Below, piece by piece: positions 10,791 through 22,291 of a stretch of DNA of 64,000 nucleotides (positions are counted from its first letter, which is position 1; the number at the start of each line of letters is the position of its first letter). Source of the DNA: Nitrososphaeraceae archaeon (GTDB taxonomy: Archaea; Thermoproteota; Nitrososphaeria; Nitrososphaerales; Nitrososphaeraceae); assembly GCA_035250975.1 (NCBI GenBank), contig DATFEP010000058.1, positions 13,723-77,722 of the forward strand. Reading direction: 5' to 3'. The position numbers were made by a program, and so were the translations under genes. The notes beneath the pieces are model-generated. The model saw only the letters and a list, made by a program, of their open reading frames with translations, was not told the origin of the DNA and made no database searches.

Positions 10791-11355
10791 AAATTTCCTA
10801 AGAATTTGTACGCAACCTATGAAATAATAGTATTGTTTTTTCAATTAATTTCAACTAAAGTATAACAGATTGCATTTTCTAACTCCTATATCATATGGAA
10901 ATTTGATAAGATATTTGACCAAAAAATACTCAATCATCTCCATGAAATAAAAAGTAATAGGTAGATTTGGAGATAACTGAGATTCAATAGATTCTTCTAT
11001 TATACTTAGTATCATATAAAAAAGTCAGCTTGCTCATTGTTAAATTTTCTCTGCTCATTCTGATTTCATAAATTTCATTAATAGTTCGACGTAATTTTCA
11101 ACGCGAAGTTGATCAACCAAGAATTGATATTGGGATTTACACTACTATCAAATATACATGTTACCGATAATTTATGAATGGTTTGTTAATTTTTTTGCTA
11201 AATATTTGAGTTTGATCTAATATTCAATAGTATACAAAAAAAATTTAATTGTTGGTTACATGGTCATTTTATGTAAAACATTACTAAAAATTGGTTGTTC
11301 ATTCGACTGCAGATTCGGTCGAATTAACAATAAATTCACAAGCATTTCCATCAAA

Positions 11356-11625
11356 TTACTTAGTCAAATTTTGCGCAGCATCTGTTTGATTAGAAGTTAT
11401 ATTTGCAAGAGCACTTGCAGTCGCGTTAACAATAGTTTCTGTTGTATTTCCAATAGATTCAACGAATGAAAAATTCTCCAGCGGGTTATCACCTGTCAAC
11501 TTTTCCAGTTCTTCTATGCTCCCTACTGCGTTAACATCTTGGGAGGCGTTCTGTGCAAAAACGTGAGTAGTTGACGTCAGAACCACCAGACTTGCAAAGA
11601 TAATCAATGTAATTCCTTGATTCAT
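11356..11625 (-). CDS. Small secreted protein rich in N-x-S/T sequons
   Basis: Signal peptide ends VFA-Q; GSIEELEKLTG motif is shared with 33706..34098. Confidence 0.75.
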   Translation of the reverse strand: MNQGITLIIFASLVVLTSTTHVFAQNASQDVNAVGSIEELEKLTGDNPLENFSFVESIGNTTETIVNATASALANITSNQTDAAQNLTK

Positions 11626-12112
11626 AATAAATTTCTGAATCTAATCATATATTATCTTTTATATTCATAGAAGGATCTAATAAAATTTGAATATTTTCAT
11701 ACATTTCGGCTTGAATTCAGGCGCTAATAATTTTGTTTCGTCGCTTTAAAAAATATATTTAAAATATTTTTTACCTATGTTTTTAAAGCAGATCCATAAT
11801 GGAAATTTTTCATTTCAGACAAGAATCATCGCGTAATAAATGATATGCCAACGTTATCCTAATTTTATAAATCAAACCGAGTTATTTCTAATCCTTGAAT
11901 TTCACACGCAAACATAATTTGTAAAAGAAGGATGTTTTAATCTTTTGACACATTTTTTTCTTACCAACAAGATGGAGAAAAAAGGGTAAAGGATTAACAA
12001 AATAACGAGCAAGTACATTGTGAAAAACTTGTAAAGACGTTACCCACATATCATAATGCCGTGATTGAAAGACATTACAATGCTAATAAAGTTTGTTAGT
12101 TAATATTATTTA

Positions 12113-12319
12113 TTGGGAATTACAGAAAAATTGGAAAACATTATAAGAATTTGCAGATATGAAGACGATGTAGATAAAAAAGTTGTGCTGTTACTTTCGA
12201 TCGATAATTTGTTGCCTAACAAAAATAAATTAAAAATTCCTTCATATGTGACAAGAGACTATATCGATATGATTTTAAATGAGCTAGAAAAGAAGATAGA
12301 ATATCAAAAGTTAATATGA
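12113..12319 (+). CDS. Hypothetical protein
   Basis: Protein-like composition, TTG start, AT-rich box upstream. Confidence 0.6.
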   Translation: MGITEKLENIIRICRYEDDVDKKVVLLLSIDNLLPNKNKLKIPSYVTRDYIDMILNELEKKIEYQKLI

Positions 12320-12580
12320 AATATAGCATAACAATACAGTATTTCACTGTAATCGCCCTGAATTTTAATCTAGAATTATGCTACAATCTTATGATATCCA
12401 CGACTAATAATAAAAAATGATTTTTCCTGATCTAGAATTCTTGTTATATATTTTATAATTCAAAATATTTACTAAAATATCACTAAATTTCCTGTTTAAA
12501 ACCAGTTTAGATTATTATAAACATCTTAGAAGGATAATAAACAATTTTAACAGCTATAGAGTTATTATAATGCGAATCAT

Positions 12581-12982
12581 TTGAGAGCGAAAAAAATTAT
12601 GATTATAGAAGATGAATTAGATATTTTATTATTGTATAAAGACTATTTGGCAAACAAGGGGTATGAGGTAATTGGAACCTCTACGACCGCAAATGAAATT
12701 CTGAAGGATTATGAAAATTCTCTTCCAGATATTGTTATGTTAGATTATAAATTACCAGGAAATATGAATGGTCTCGATGCAGCTAAAATGCTCTTGCAGA
12801 AAAAGACGGATTTATCCATAATACTGGTTACTGCTTTTGATGAGGTAAAGAAGGAGATAAATAAGGATCCTTTCTTTTCTAGTAAAAAAATATCAGTACT
12901 TATTAAACCGGTTAGATTGAACTTACTTGAAAAACATATAAGAAACTTGGGGAATATTTTACCAAAAAACAAGAGCAAATAA
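12581..12982 (+). CDS. Stand-alone response regulator receiver
   Basis: IIEDE, DIVMLDYKLPG with the phospho-Asp, LVTAF, KP. Confidence 0.93.
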   Translation: MRAKKIMIIEDELDILLLYKDYLANKGYEVIGTSTTANEILKDYENSLPDIVMLDYKLPGNMNGLDAAKMLLQKKTDLSIILVTAFDEVKKEINKDPFFSSKKISVLIKPVRLNLLEKHIRNLGNILPKNKSK

Positions 12983-13107
12983 TAAAATCAGATTATGTTT
13001 TATATCTTATATGTGCACTCAATATATCTAGAATTTTATCGTATAAACATAATTATCATCAAAAAATTTATATATTTGACTATCTCGCCGACCTAAATCT
13101 AATAGTC

Positions 13108-13455
13108 TTAGAAGACGTACACTTCTGATGCTTTCTTCTTCTCTAGGTCTACATCTATTATGAATAAACATGTTTTTAATATATCTACAGTATACGAAAG
13201 CCTACAAATATCCAGTACATCTTTGGTATTTTTCAGCTCGTAGCTTAATTCAATTGTGGCATCTTGAATTATTGCTCTTAAAGAATACAAGTCATCAACT
13301 TTTTTACTCACAAATTTGATCCACATCAGGATTGCTTTCTCGACTGATTCATGATATTTAATATTACTTGAACTATTGTCATAGTCTTTGGTTACCTTAT
13401 TTACAATTTCCCCAAAATTTATTTCAGTTGTGAGAATCATTTTAATCAAAACCAA
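13108..13455 (-). CDS. Hypothetical protein, probably co-transcribed with tfb
   Basis: Starts 33 nt downstream of tfb on the same strand; helical. Confidence 0.6.
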   Translation of the reverse strand: MVLIKMILTTEINFGEIVNKVTKDYDNSSSNIKYHESVEKAILMWIKFVSKKVDDLYSLRAIIQDATIELSYELKNTKDVLDICRLSYTVDILKTCLFIIDVDLEKKKASEVYVF

Positions 13456-13488
13456 AACAAAAGTAGTTCATTTTTAATGTAAGACTTT

Positions 13489-14424
13489 TTACTCGTTTTT
13501 TGATAATGCATTATCTGGCAAGTGAGGGAAAATTTGCTTCACGTCAAGAAATCTTTTTCGTAGTGTTACAACACTCATATTTCCTGCATTTGCAATTTTT
13601 GACTGAGTTATTTTTTCCCCTTTTTCTAGACAAGCACCATATAAGGTAGCAACAGATAAAGCTGTTGGATCTTTTCCATATGAAATGGGATCGTCGTTAA
13701 TTAACGTCATCATTTCTAATGCCCTAACCATAGTTTGTCGAGTTATACCTGCTATTCCAGCAATTTTTGTCATGTGGGTGGTAGAGTCAATTAACGGTAA
13801 ATTGATCGTCAGGTGTCTCAGAAGTAGACGATAACAACGCCCTGCAAATACTTTATCAGCATTAACAGAATTAGAAATTTCACTGATTGTACGAGGAACT
13901 TTCAATTCTCTACAAACGACATATACGCAAGCAACAATGAATTCTTTAATAGAACGACCTTTTATTATTTTTAAGTCTACTACTTTACGGTAATAATATG
14001 CTGATTTTTCGATAATAGTTTCGCTTAATGATAACTTATCTTTTATTCTCATTAGAATGCTAAATGCTTTCTTTAAATTTCTATGATAGCTTCTGTTACT
14101 ATTTGATATCTTGTTCCAATGACGTATCTTAACTGCTTTTGAGATTTGTTTAACATTTAGTTGATTACCATATGCATCTACATTTTCCTGAGAAATTGTT
14201 GTGGACAATCCTTTATCAAAAATAAGCAATGAATTTTTTTCCAAGTTTTGCGATCTATCAGCTGAAATATCATCAGTAACAAACTGCTCGCAATTTACTA
14301 CACCACATTTGGTACAAATTATCTCACTGCTAATACTGTCAAAAACTAGATTTGAATTTTTACAATTAAAGCAAATGTCTTTTGTTGTATCTGGTTTCTG
14401 TAATTTTTCTACTAATTTACTCAC
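13489..14424 (-). CDS. tfb: Transcription initiation factor IIB paralog
   Basis: Zn ribbon CFNC...CTKCGVV; cyclin repeats (IIKGRSI, VPRTISEI, GKDPTAL); C-terminal ITQSKIA...VTLRKRF. Confidence 0.95.
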   Translation of the reverse strand: MSKLVEKLQKPDTTKDICFNCKNSNLVFDSISSEIICTKCGVVNCEQFVTDDISADRSQNLEKNSLLIFDKGLSTTISQENVDAYGNQLNVKQISKAVKIRHWNKISNSNRSYHRNLKKAFSILMRIKDKLSLSETIIEKSAYYYRKVVDLKIIKGRSIKEFIVACVYVVCRELKVPRTISEISNSVNADKVFAGRCYRLLLRHLTINLPLIDSTTHMTKIAGIAGITRQTMVRALEMMTLINDDPISYGKDPTALSVATLYGACLEKGEKITQSKIANAGNMSVVTLRKRFLDVKQIFPHLPDNALSKNE

Positions 14425-14552
14425 AGATGGAACTTATTTTTGGAATTAATAAAGGATAGGTTTACATAGTACGAAAAAAATTATAATAATTACAAATAAC
14501 TACAAACGAACACAAAGAAACACAATTATAAGCGCTTAGCGTTCTCAATATA

Positions 14553-15074
14553 GTGAAATCTGTTACACGGTCCTTTAGACTTGAAGATTCTCTATCTAAG
14601 ATTCTAGATGAAGAAGCCGACAGAATGGGAATTTCAATCAATGCATTAGTTAATATAATTATTAAGCAATATTTGGATTTCACGCGCTACTTGTCCAAAA
14701 TAGACATGGTTATCATCAACAGAGAGCTCTTGAGGGTTTTGTTAGAATCCTTAGAAGAGAAGGAGATCTATGATATTGCAATTTTATTTGGAAGCAGTAT
14801 ACCAAAAGATACAATATTATTTTGGAAAAAAGAACTAACCAATCATACCGTCTTTGAATACCTTGAAAAAATCGTATGTAGATATGGTTTGTTAGGAACT
14901 TATGATGAGATGTTCCAAAATGACATAAAAACAATTGTTATACGGCACAGACTTGGAAAAAAGGGTTCGGTCTTTTTCAACGGTTATTTGAAATCTACAT
15001 TGAAAAATACCTTAGGATTAGATACTTCAGTAGAATTGACCGAATCATCTGTGAAAATTCAAATTAAAATATAG
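14553..15074 (+). CDS. Ribbon-helix-helix DNA-binding protein with a C-terminal domain
   Basis: KSVTRSFRLEDSLSKILDEEADRMGISINALVNIII fits the RHH pattern; divergent from tfb. Confidence 0.8.
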   Translation: MKSVTRSFRLEDSLSKILDEEADRMGISINALVNIIIKQYLDFTRYLSKIDMVIINRELLRVLLESLEEKEIYDIAILFGSSIPKDTILFWKKELTNHTVFEYLEKIVCRYGLLGTYDEMFQNDIKTIVIRHRLGKKGSVFFNGYLKSTLKNTLGLDTSVELTESSVKIQIKI

Positions 15075-15477
15075 TGAATATTAGAGAAGTTTAATCCGAA
15101 AGTGCAATTGATTCTTATACATCTACAATAAAAGAAGATAAATCAAAATAGCACCAATGAAAGAAGCACTAATCTTAGTTCGAAAGTCTAATACTACTAG
15201 CTATCATGGAAATTTTGTCTCTAATTGAATTTTTAACAAACGATATTTGGTTTTATGACCGCATGTTTAATACTGTAAGTCTTATTACAGATTATGAGAA
15301 TTATGAAAAATTTTTGCGAGGTCGACTTGGACAAGATGAAGATGTAAAATCATAATTTAGAACTTGATTAGTGCAATAGAGGATATTGAAATTAAATGGC
15401 AAAGATAAAATGATATGTTGCTAGATCGGTTTCATTTGCAGCTAATAATCATTTCAAAAATTAAGTATATGTACAGA

Positions 15478-15705
15478 TCATAAATCATATTTCATCCATT
15501 TGTTTTCAACTATCATATTTTCAAAATCTCTTTTACTGCTGAAGTGTTCTTCTATAGCATCAGCATCATCCTGAATAGAGTACAGAGAATAACCTGGAAA
15601 GTGCTCTACTATAATTGTGGAATCAGATTTCATATCCATAAAAATCTCTAAAGTACTCTTAGCATTTTCTTTAATCAAGTGCTCGCTCATTTTATAACTT
15701 TCCAT
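15478..15705 (-). CDS. Hypothetical protein
   Basis: Clean ORF; GGTGG SD-like sequence just upstream. Confidence 0.55.
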   Translation of the reverse strand: MESYKMSEHLIKENAKSTLEIFMDMKSDSTIIVEHFPGYSLYSIQDDADAIEEHFSSKRDFENMIVENKWMKYDL

Positions 15706-16099
15706 CCACCATCATCATTATTAAGGCAGCAAGGTAGAAAAACAATTTGGATCATTAGTAATTAAAAATTTCTAATACCAGAGTAAATGTGTCGAATTTG
15801 ATGTTACTATAAATGTTAAATTGACCCCAAGATAAATATGAATTATTCGAAAATACGTGTTATAGTGATGTGTTTAGAATTATACCTTCAGAATCTTATC
15901 TGTAAATAAGGAAAAAATTATTATTTTATTTATATTACATACTCTCCTCTGATTTGACTTCCAGATAATTATTATGTAAAAATTTGACTTGTGGCACCAA
16001 ACTCAAACTGCAGTTTCATTTTATTGTGAGTCTTAATAAAATTTGAACTGTAAAATGACGATTAAATAATTATATTTTGACAGTGTTTATATTAGTAAA

Positions 16100-16501
16100 T
16101 TGATAAATGAACATATGCAAAAACCAAGAGTTTTCATAGTTCAGGAAGATGAAGATGCCAACATAATATTATCTGGGATGTTATGTTTAAAGGGTATTGA
16201 GGCACTCAAGTTCACCACAGGAGAAGATTGCATTAAAAAAATAAGAGAATTCAAAGGAAAGGTGGATGTAGTAATAATTAGTGGCGATATCGCGTCCGAT
16301 AGATATCTAAAGATTGTATTAACCATTAAACAGATAAATAATAATATCAAAATCTTGGTGATTGCTGAGGAAGATTCTGAAAAGACTAGACTCTTGGGTT
16401 ACGGAGCAGATGAATTTACCTTAAAACCAATGAGTCCCGAGAATGTGGCAGATAAGGTATTTATGTTAATTTCAAGGGAAGCTATACTGGATAACAGGTA
16501 G
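16100..16501 (+). CDS. Receiver-domain protein apparently lacking the phospho-acceptor Asp
   Basis: Receiver pattern (VFIVQEDED, GADEFTLKP), but beta-3 reads DVVIISGD instead of DxxxxD. Confidence 0.85.
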   Translation: MINEHMQKPRVFIVQEDEDANIILSGMLCLKGIEALKFTTGEDCIKKIREFKGKVDVVIISGDIASDRYLKIVLTIKQINNNIKILVIAEEDSEKTRLLGYGADEFTLKPMSPENVADKVFMLISREAILDNR

Positions 16502-16777
16502 CAATCGTACACTAACATGCGACAGCACGTTTTTCTTTCTATTATTTATTTTTGGACTAGAAGTTGTTTGAAGAGATTCAATAGTTTAGATATTTTAGTA
16601 GGTCTGAGATAGGTTTATTGCAGTAACTTTTTTAATCCAATAATGAACGTATAATTTAAAATGGTCTAAATAAGCAGATTAAAATGTGTTGAAAAATAAG
16701 TATTTAGGTACAGGCTCTTTTGTATTTATTTATTATTTTTGCTTCTATATTAAGTATTATGTATATTATATAATGGA

Positions 16778-17281
16778 ATGAAAAATCTGTCTAAATATGT
16801 AATAATGGCTGCTGGATTAGTTGCAATTTCAATACTGGTTCCCAACGTCCAGGCACAAAACAATACTGAATTTTCATCAAGCCAAGGTCAATCTCAGACT
16901 GCATCCAATGAAACGATGTCTTTAATGTCATTAAATATAGGAGAACTCAAAGACTCGCTTGTGAATGCAAAAGATGCTGTTTCAACAGGAAATTTTGAAA
17001 ATGCATTGACAGAAGTCACAAATGTCGAAAATCAACTATTACTTGTTAAAGGAGAACAACCACCATTTGTAAGTGATATCCAGGCTATAAAAGAATCGAT
17101 AGCAAATTCTGATGCTCCAAAGACACTTGATGGAATAACAAATGTTCAAATTGAACTATTAAAAGCCGAGACTGATATGATGAAAGCAAACCAAGGAAAC
17201 CCCCAAATGATGATGGGTCAAAATGCTAATAATGATGACAACCAGCAGAATGATGACGACGATAATGAAGACAAAAACTAG
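16778..17281 (+). CDS. Secreted helical protein with an acidic low-complexity tail
   Basis: Signal peptide ends VQA-Q; two similar helical segments; NDDDDNEDKN tail. Confidence 0.8.
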   Translation: MKNLSKYVIMAAGLVAISILVPNVQAQNNTEFSSSQGQSQTASNETMSLMSLNIGELKDSLVNAKDAVSTGNFENALTEVTNVENQLLLVKGEQPPFVSDIQAIKESIANSDAPKTLDGITNVQIELLKAETDMMKANQGNPQMMMGQNANNDDNQQNDDDDNEDKN

Positions 17282-17624
17282 CAAAAATATTAACTAATCT
17301 TCACCTATTTTTTTCAAACCTTCTTTACTATCATTGCATTGTAATTAATATATATTATTTAAGAATAACTTGAATTATAAACATTACAATTTTATTAATA
17401 TTTAGTTTTAAAAAAATAAGAGTTGACTTAATTACCAATCGATAAGTTAAGAAAGATTAATTAATTTAATAAATTCTGAATTTGTATCGGGTTTTCATTT
17501 ACATTTGAGGTTTTCCCAAGATTCGTATCTTAATCGATATAGTTAATATTCAATATGTGTATTTACTCGTATACGTTATAATATACTTACAAATTTTAAT
17601 ATATTATGTATTACTATAAACATT

Positions 17625-17933
17625 ATGGAAAGTATCCATAATATTTATTGCTATGATCCCATAGGTAAGATTGCTAGACTAATAGGGGGAAAAAGTATTG
17701 GAAAGGTAAAAAAAATATTAGATAAAAATATAATTACACAAAGAGACAATGGTGAAATATTTTATTTACCAAATAAGAGCGTTTACGGATTTGATGGAAT
17801 GAATTTTTGGTTTATGTTATCAGAACGTGACCTATTTGAATATAAAATCAATGGGGTTTTTGATGTTCAATATTTTTCTTCATCTGCTAATCCAACTAAC
17901 TACTTTATAAACAATAAATGGATGGTCAATTGA
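17625..17933 (+). CDS. PRC-barrel-like single-repeat protein
   Basis: IGKIARLIGGKSIGKVK...FYLPNKSVYGFDGMNFW aligns by eye with the repeats of 53438..54445. Confidence 0.65.
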   Translation: MESIHNIYCYDPIGKIARLIGGKSIGKVKKILDKNIITQRDNGEIFYLPNKSVYGFDGMNFWFMLSERDLFEYKINGVFDVQYFSSSANPTNYFINNKWMVN

Positions 17934-18342
17934 TGTGTGTGGAATTGCAGGTAAATTCCGAAATTTAGTTCAGCTATCAACGATATCTTGACCTGCTTAA
18001 TAATTTAGCAATAGTTATACCAGCGCATGTATTTTTAATCGATATGTCAACATTAAATCCTGTTTTTGATCAATTGCAAGAATAACAAGCTCAGAAACTA
18101 GATAGATTGAAGCTTTTAAACTAACGAACGTATCTGATTAAACATCTGCCATCGAATCACTTCAAGGATGGATAGAATTATTTGTCAATATATTGCAACA
18201 TAATATTGCAACGAAGTAGAATTTTAATAAAATAACTACTATGATCTTCCTCTATGAGTTGATCATTCAATTAAATGATGATCGAGATTAAAATTCTAGA
18301 TTAGTTCTAAGATAGATCCCGATCGAGTTTGGTAATGATTTG

Positions 18343-18486
18343 TCAGCCGCCTCCTGCTCCCTCGCCTCCTCCTGTAGATTCAACTTCGAACGGTTCAAAT
18401 TCCTTTTTAATTTCTTGTAGGCTTTGATTTTTTAAATCCTCTTCGGTTTTTTTCTTTTCAATCTTTTTTTTAGGTTTTTTGCTCAT
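18343..18486 (-). CDS. 47-aa charged protein with a Gly-rich C-terminus; not in the ORF track
   Basis: MSKKPKKKIEKKKTEEDLKNQSLQEIKKEFEPFEVESTGGGEGAGGG*; CTTATAAA box about 25 nt upstream. Confidence 0.65.
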   Translation of the reverse strand: MSKKPKKKIEKKKTEEDLKNQSLQEIKKEFEPFEVESTGGGEGAGGG

Positions 18487-19207
18487 AAAAAATAATGTTT
18501 TTCATTTTTTATAAGCATTATCCAATCATTACCTCTTAAATCTTTTGACAAGGTTTTAGTCCTATTTAAAATAATGAAAAATGCCACGTGATAAATAGTA
18601 AGTGTGGATACATATTATTGATAGAATTGATTGGTTAGAAATAGATAGAATCTCAGGTATTATTTCTAATTCTTGTTTTTTCGGGTTCCGAATAAAATCA
18701 TTTTAAAAATAATCTTTATAAAATCTCTAATGGGTAAATTTAGACTTTTTGCTGAAATTAAATATATTTTATTGTGTGTGAACAGGATAAGGTCAGGTCA
18801 TTTTGTAATCCTAGGATAATATAATCACTTATCATTTATATTAAATAAATTAATATTCAAATCATTTGTCGTCTGCTGACAGAGAATTGAATCTTTTTAA
18901 TCTATTTAAAACCGGCTTCGAGAAAGAAATTTAACCATAAATACTCTACAATACTATCTATTTTATTTTTGATTTATTTATTTATTTTTTCTTTTTTTAT
19001 TTTTGATGCCTATTAAACCGCTTTTCTAAAAATCTATTCATAATATGGTAACTATAATAAAATGCAAATAATGATAGATATTTCTATATATTGCACGATA
19101 AGTCATTGAATGGCACTAGTTCGAATTATTGATTATCTGTCTTCTTAAACATTCCTCAATATTTAACTTCGTAAAACCGTTTTATACTATAAAGTATAGA
19201 TCTAACT

Positions 19208-19426
19208 ATGAGTGAAAATATTGAATTAGACAATAATACATACAATATTTTAATATCTTTAGGACATGACGCGAATTTTCTATATGATACTATTAATAAA
19301 TATCGTGATGATGCAAAAAAATCCAATAGAGATGATTTGGTAAATCTATGGGAAGAAATAAAAAAAGATAGACTAAGACATTTACATATATTGAAAGAGG
19401 CATTAGAGAAAGAGATACATAAATGA
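19208..19426 (+). CDS. Small two-helix ferritin-like protein
   Basis: YNIL...KYRDDAKK...LWEEIKKDRLRHLHILKE; TTTTATA box upstream; ATGA overlap with the next gene. Confidence 0.7.
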   Translation: MSENIELDNNTYNILISLGHDANFLYDTINKYRDDAKKSNRDDLVNLWEEIKKDRLRHLHILKEALEKEIHK

Positions 19427-19890
19427 TTCATATTATTAAAGGGTTGCAAACAATTACTTTAGATGATAAAAATATTGGTAAGGTAAAAGGCATAGATAAA
19501 AAAAATAGGAACTACTTTATTGTCTTTAAAAAAGGTCTTTTTAATGATGAGGAATTTCATATACCTATTGAGGCTATAATTCGAAAAGCAAAACTCGATA
19601 ATAAGATTTTTTTAAATTTGAAAGAATCACAACTAAAACATGGGCACGAATTACTAAAAAAACATAAACCATCAGATCTCGTAAAAGGAAAATCATATCC
19701 AACATTTGCTAATCCTTTCGAAAAAGAGATAATTCGATATGAAGCATTTCCTACATCTAAAACTACAAAGGAAGTTAAAAAGGAGATGCCAAGTAAATTT
19801 TTGTGTGATAGCTGTTCCGAAGAGTTTAAAAATGGTCAAAATTTAGAACAGCACAGATTGGAAAAGCATTTTGGCCCCGTTGGTATATAA
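19423..19890 (+). CDS. PRC-barrel-like domain fused to a C-terminal C2H2 zinc finger
   Basis: TLDDKNIGKVKG...KKGLFNDEEFHIP; CDSCSEEFKNGQNLEQHRLEKH. Confidence 0.8.
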   Translation: MIHIIKGLQTITLDDKNIGKVKGIDKKNRNYFIVFKKGLFNDEEFHIPIEAIIRKAKLDNKIFLNLKESQLKHGHELLKKHKPSDLVKGKSYPTFANPFEKEIIRYEAFPTSKTTKEVKKEMPSKFLCDSCSEEFKNGQNLEQHRLEKHFGPVGI

Positions 19891-20793
19891 TATATTCAAT
19901 AATTACATTTTAGGTTTTTAGATGTACGAGTGTTCTTCTTCTAACGTAAAGTCTGTTTCTATTTTATTAGGCGTCCAATCTTTTGACTCTAGAACGGACA
20001 AACTAAAATATTAGTAGCTTTCACTATTATTATTTAATTACTCGGGATTTGTTTTGAGGCAAAAAGTGATATTTATTGGTTGTAGAGGTATAAAATAAAA
20101 GTTAAAAATCAGTGGTGATAGGACAGCCGGATGCATTACTTTATACCTTTTATTTTATATTTCTTGGTCTTAACGTTCCTTGTAGTTCATACACTTCTGA
20201 ATGTTATAAGTATTAAAAAAAGAATTTTTGTAGAATAATATTCATAGATTTTTGTCCAAAATCGGGAACATGATGGAAAGAGAGTTGGTAAATTGCTGAC
20301 AGACCAAAGAAAAATTTGGTGAAGATCTACTCAATAGTGTTATAGATCTATTTCAAGATTCTCATTATGTATGTCATAGCTTTCAGAACAAAGAATAACT
20401 GGGCTACTTTAAGCGGTTATGGTCCTATTGGCGACATGAAGGATATGAAATGTATTTACAATATCCATACAGATCACTAGAATTATTCTGATCATTACGA
20501 TCATGATTATTACATTACAATGATTTCTTTATCATCTTTATTCCTGTTAACTGCAGTTGGTTTATGTGTGGCTATCTTTTATGGGGACATGGGATCTTTT
20601 CCTCTATAATAATTTTTTTTCTTTCATATTAAATAAGAATACTCATTTTATTATATACCCATTACATGCATACTGATTATATTTTTAATTTAACTACGGT
20701 AAGCTGAATGAAAGTTTAAGCGATTACTCTAGCCTCTTAATTAGTTTTTGTTAATGGTTATAAACGATATTGTATCATTAATAAGTAGATATA

Positions 20794-21279
20794 ATGGCAG
20801 CTAAAACCATAATAGAACAAAAAATTGGAGAAGCAATAGGTTTAGAGAAAGCAGCTCAAAAAGCAGTTGAAGAACTAAAAGCAAAAGGATTGATAAAAGC
20901 AGAGCATGAAAAAAAACTAATGACTATGAAGAAAGAGGCAAATGAGCAACAGATTAAGATGGAAGGACTCATCCAGAATATCGCTGAGAGCGAGGGATTA
21001 GATTTAGATAATATCAGTTCCGTTACTGAGGAAACGGCTGAAAAAGCATCCAAGATAATGGATACTTATTTGGGGGAATCACCAGACGAGCAAGAAGCAT
21101 TAGAATTTTTATGTTTAGCAGAAGGAGCAGAGGTTACTCATTACGAGGTTCTGTCTTCTATTGCAAAAGATATAAAGAGCAGAAAATTTGCGACAACCGT
21201 TAGGTCCATACTGAAAGAAGAAACAAACCATTTGAATTTATGTACGAAATTAGCCAAGCAAAATATTAGCAGGCAGTAA
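20794..21279 (+). CDS. Ferritin-like four-helix-bundle protein (DUF892/YciF-like)
   Basis: GLEKAA, AEGAEVTHYEVL and ILKEETNH (ExxH) motifs. Confidence 0.8.
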   Translation: MAAKTIIEQKIGEAIGLEKAAQKAVEELKAKGLIKAEHEKKLMTMKKEANEQQIKMEGLIQNIAESEGLDLDNISSVTEETAEKASKIMDTYLGESPDEQEALEFLCLAEGAEVTHYEVLSSIAKDIKSRKFATTVRSILKEETNHLNLCTKLAKQNISRQ

Positions 21280-21307
21280 GAAAACCCATTATACATTTAT
21301 TTTAAAT

Positions 21308-22081
21308 TTATTTTAATTTACATAGGGGTGGCAGTTCATGCTTATGCTGATTTTTTTCAATAAGTAACTTTACTTTTAAAATTTTTCTTTTAGTAATATT
21401 AGGGCTCGGAGATATAGAAGGTTTTGAGTTTTTATTTTCTAAGAATTGCAAAATCTTGTCAATTTCTTCATATTCTAGACCTAATTCTTTCTCGGCAGTC
21501 TGACCCTTCCACAGACGAGCACTACTTCTTTTATTGATTATTTTGATAGGAATCGGCAAATATTCAGCAAGGGACCTTACCTCCGTTTTGTAAAGGTCCC
21601 CAATAGGAAATAGATCAACAGCTCCATCTCCGTATTTTGTATAATACCCTAGCATGATTTCACTTTTATCTCCTGTACCTAAAACCAAGCTGTGCTTTAC
21701 AGTTGCATAATAGTAAAGGACTGACATTCTTAGCCTCACTAAAAGATTTGCGACTGCCAATTTATTTTTGGGAAGATTTTTGGCTAACTCTTTTTTGATC
21801 TTTTTTAGCTGTATTACTTTATAATTTATTTTTAAATTCTTTGCTAATTTAATAGCGTCCTTTGTATCATCTTCTGGAGTGACGGAAGAATCTGGAAGAA
21901 TTAATCCAAATACCTTTTTGTTTCCTAAGGCTTCCACTGCTAATACTACGACCAGAGATGAGTCTATTCCACCGCTCAAACCTACAACTATGCCCTTTGA
22001 TTTTCTTTTTTGTACTTCTTCTCTTATAAAATTCACTATCGTATTAATCACAGCAATATGATCATTTTTATCCTTAAACAA
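21308..22081 (-). CDS. nadE: NH3-dependent NAD+ synthetase
   Basis: VGLSGGIDS, RLRM, GYYTKYGDG, PIGDLYKTEV, SARLWKGQTAE. Confidence 0.96.
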   Translation of the reverse strand: MFKDKNDHIAVINTIVNFIREEVQKRKSKGIVVGLSGGIDSSLVVVLAVEALGNKKVFGLILPDSSVTPEDDTKDAIKLAKNLKINYKVIQLKKIKKELAKNLPKNKLAVANLLVRLRMSVLYYYATVKHSLVLGTGDKSEIMLGYYTKYGDGAVDLFPIGDLYKTEVRSLAEYLPIPIKIINKRSSARLWKGQTAEKELGLEYEEIDKILQFLENKNSKPSISPSPNITKRKILKVKLLIEKNQHKHELPPLCKLK

Positions 22082-22291
22082 TTTAATACTGATAAGCTCT
22101 TATTTCTTATATACATATTAGTCAGTTCACGTCTCAATTACTTACATTTAAAAAAATACCTTTAATTCAATAATCTATTAAGTTATTAAAATGACATATT
22201 TGTCTTGTTTTTACTTATGTTTAATCCATATATATTTTGTTTAGAATATTATTAGTCATAATACAACAGAAAAAATCAAATAAACTAAAAT

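Noticed and set aside
17935-18000. (V)CGIAG, an Ntn-amidotransferase/asparagine synthase-like start
   Set aside because: The frame closes after about 18 codons and no further motifs are recognisable.
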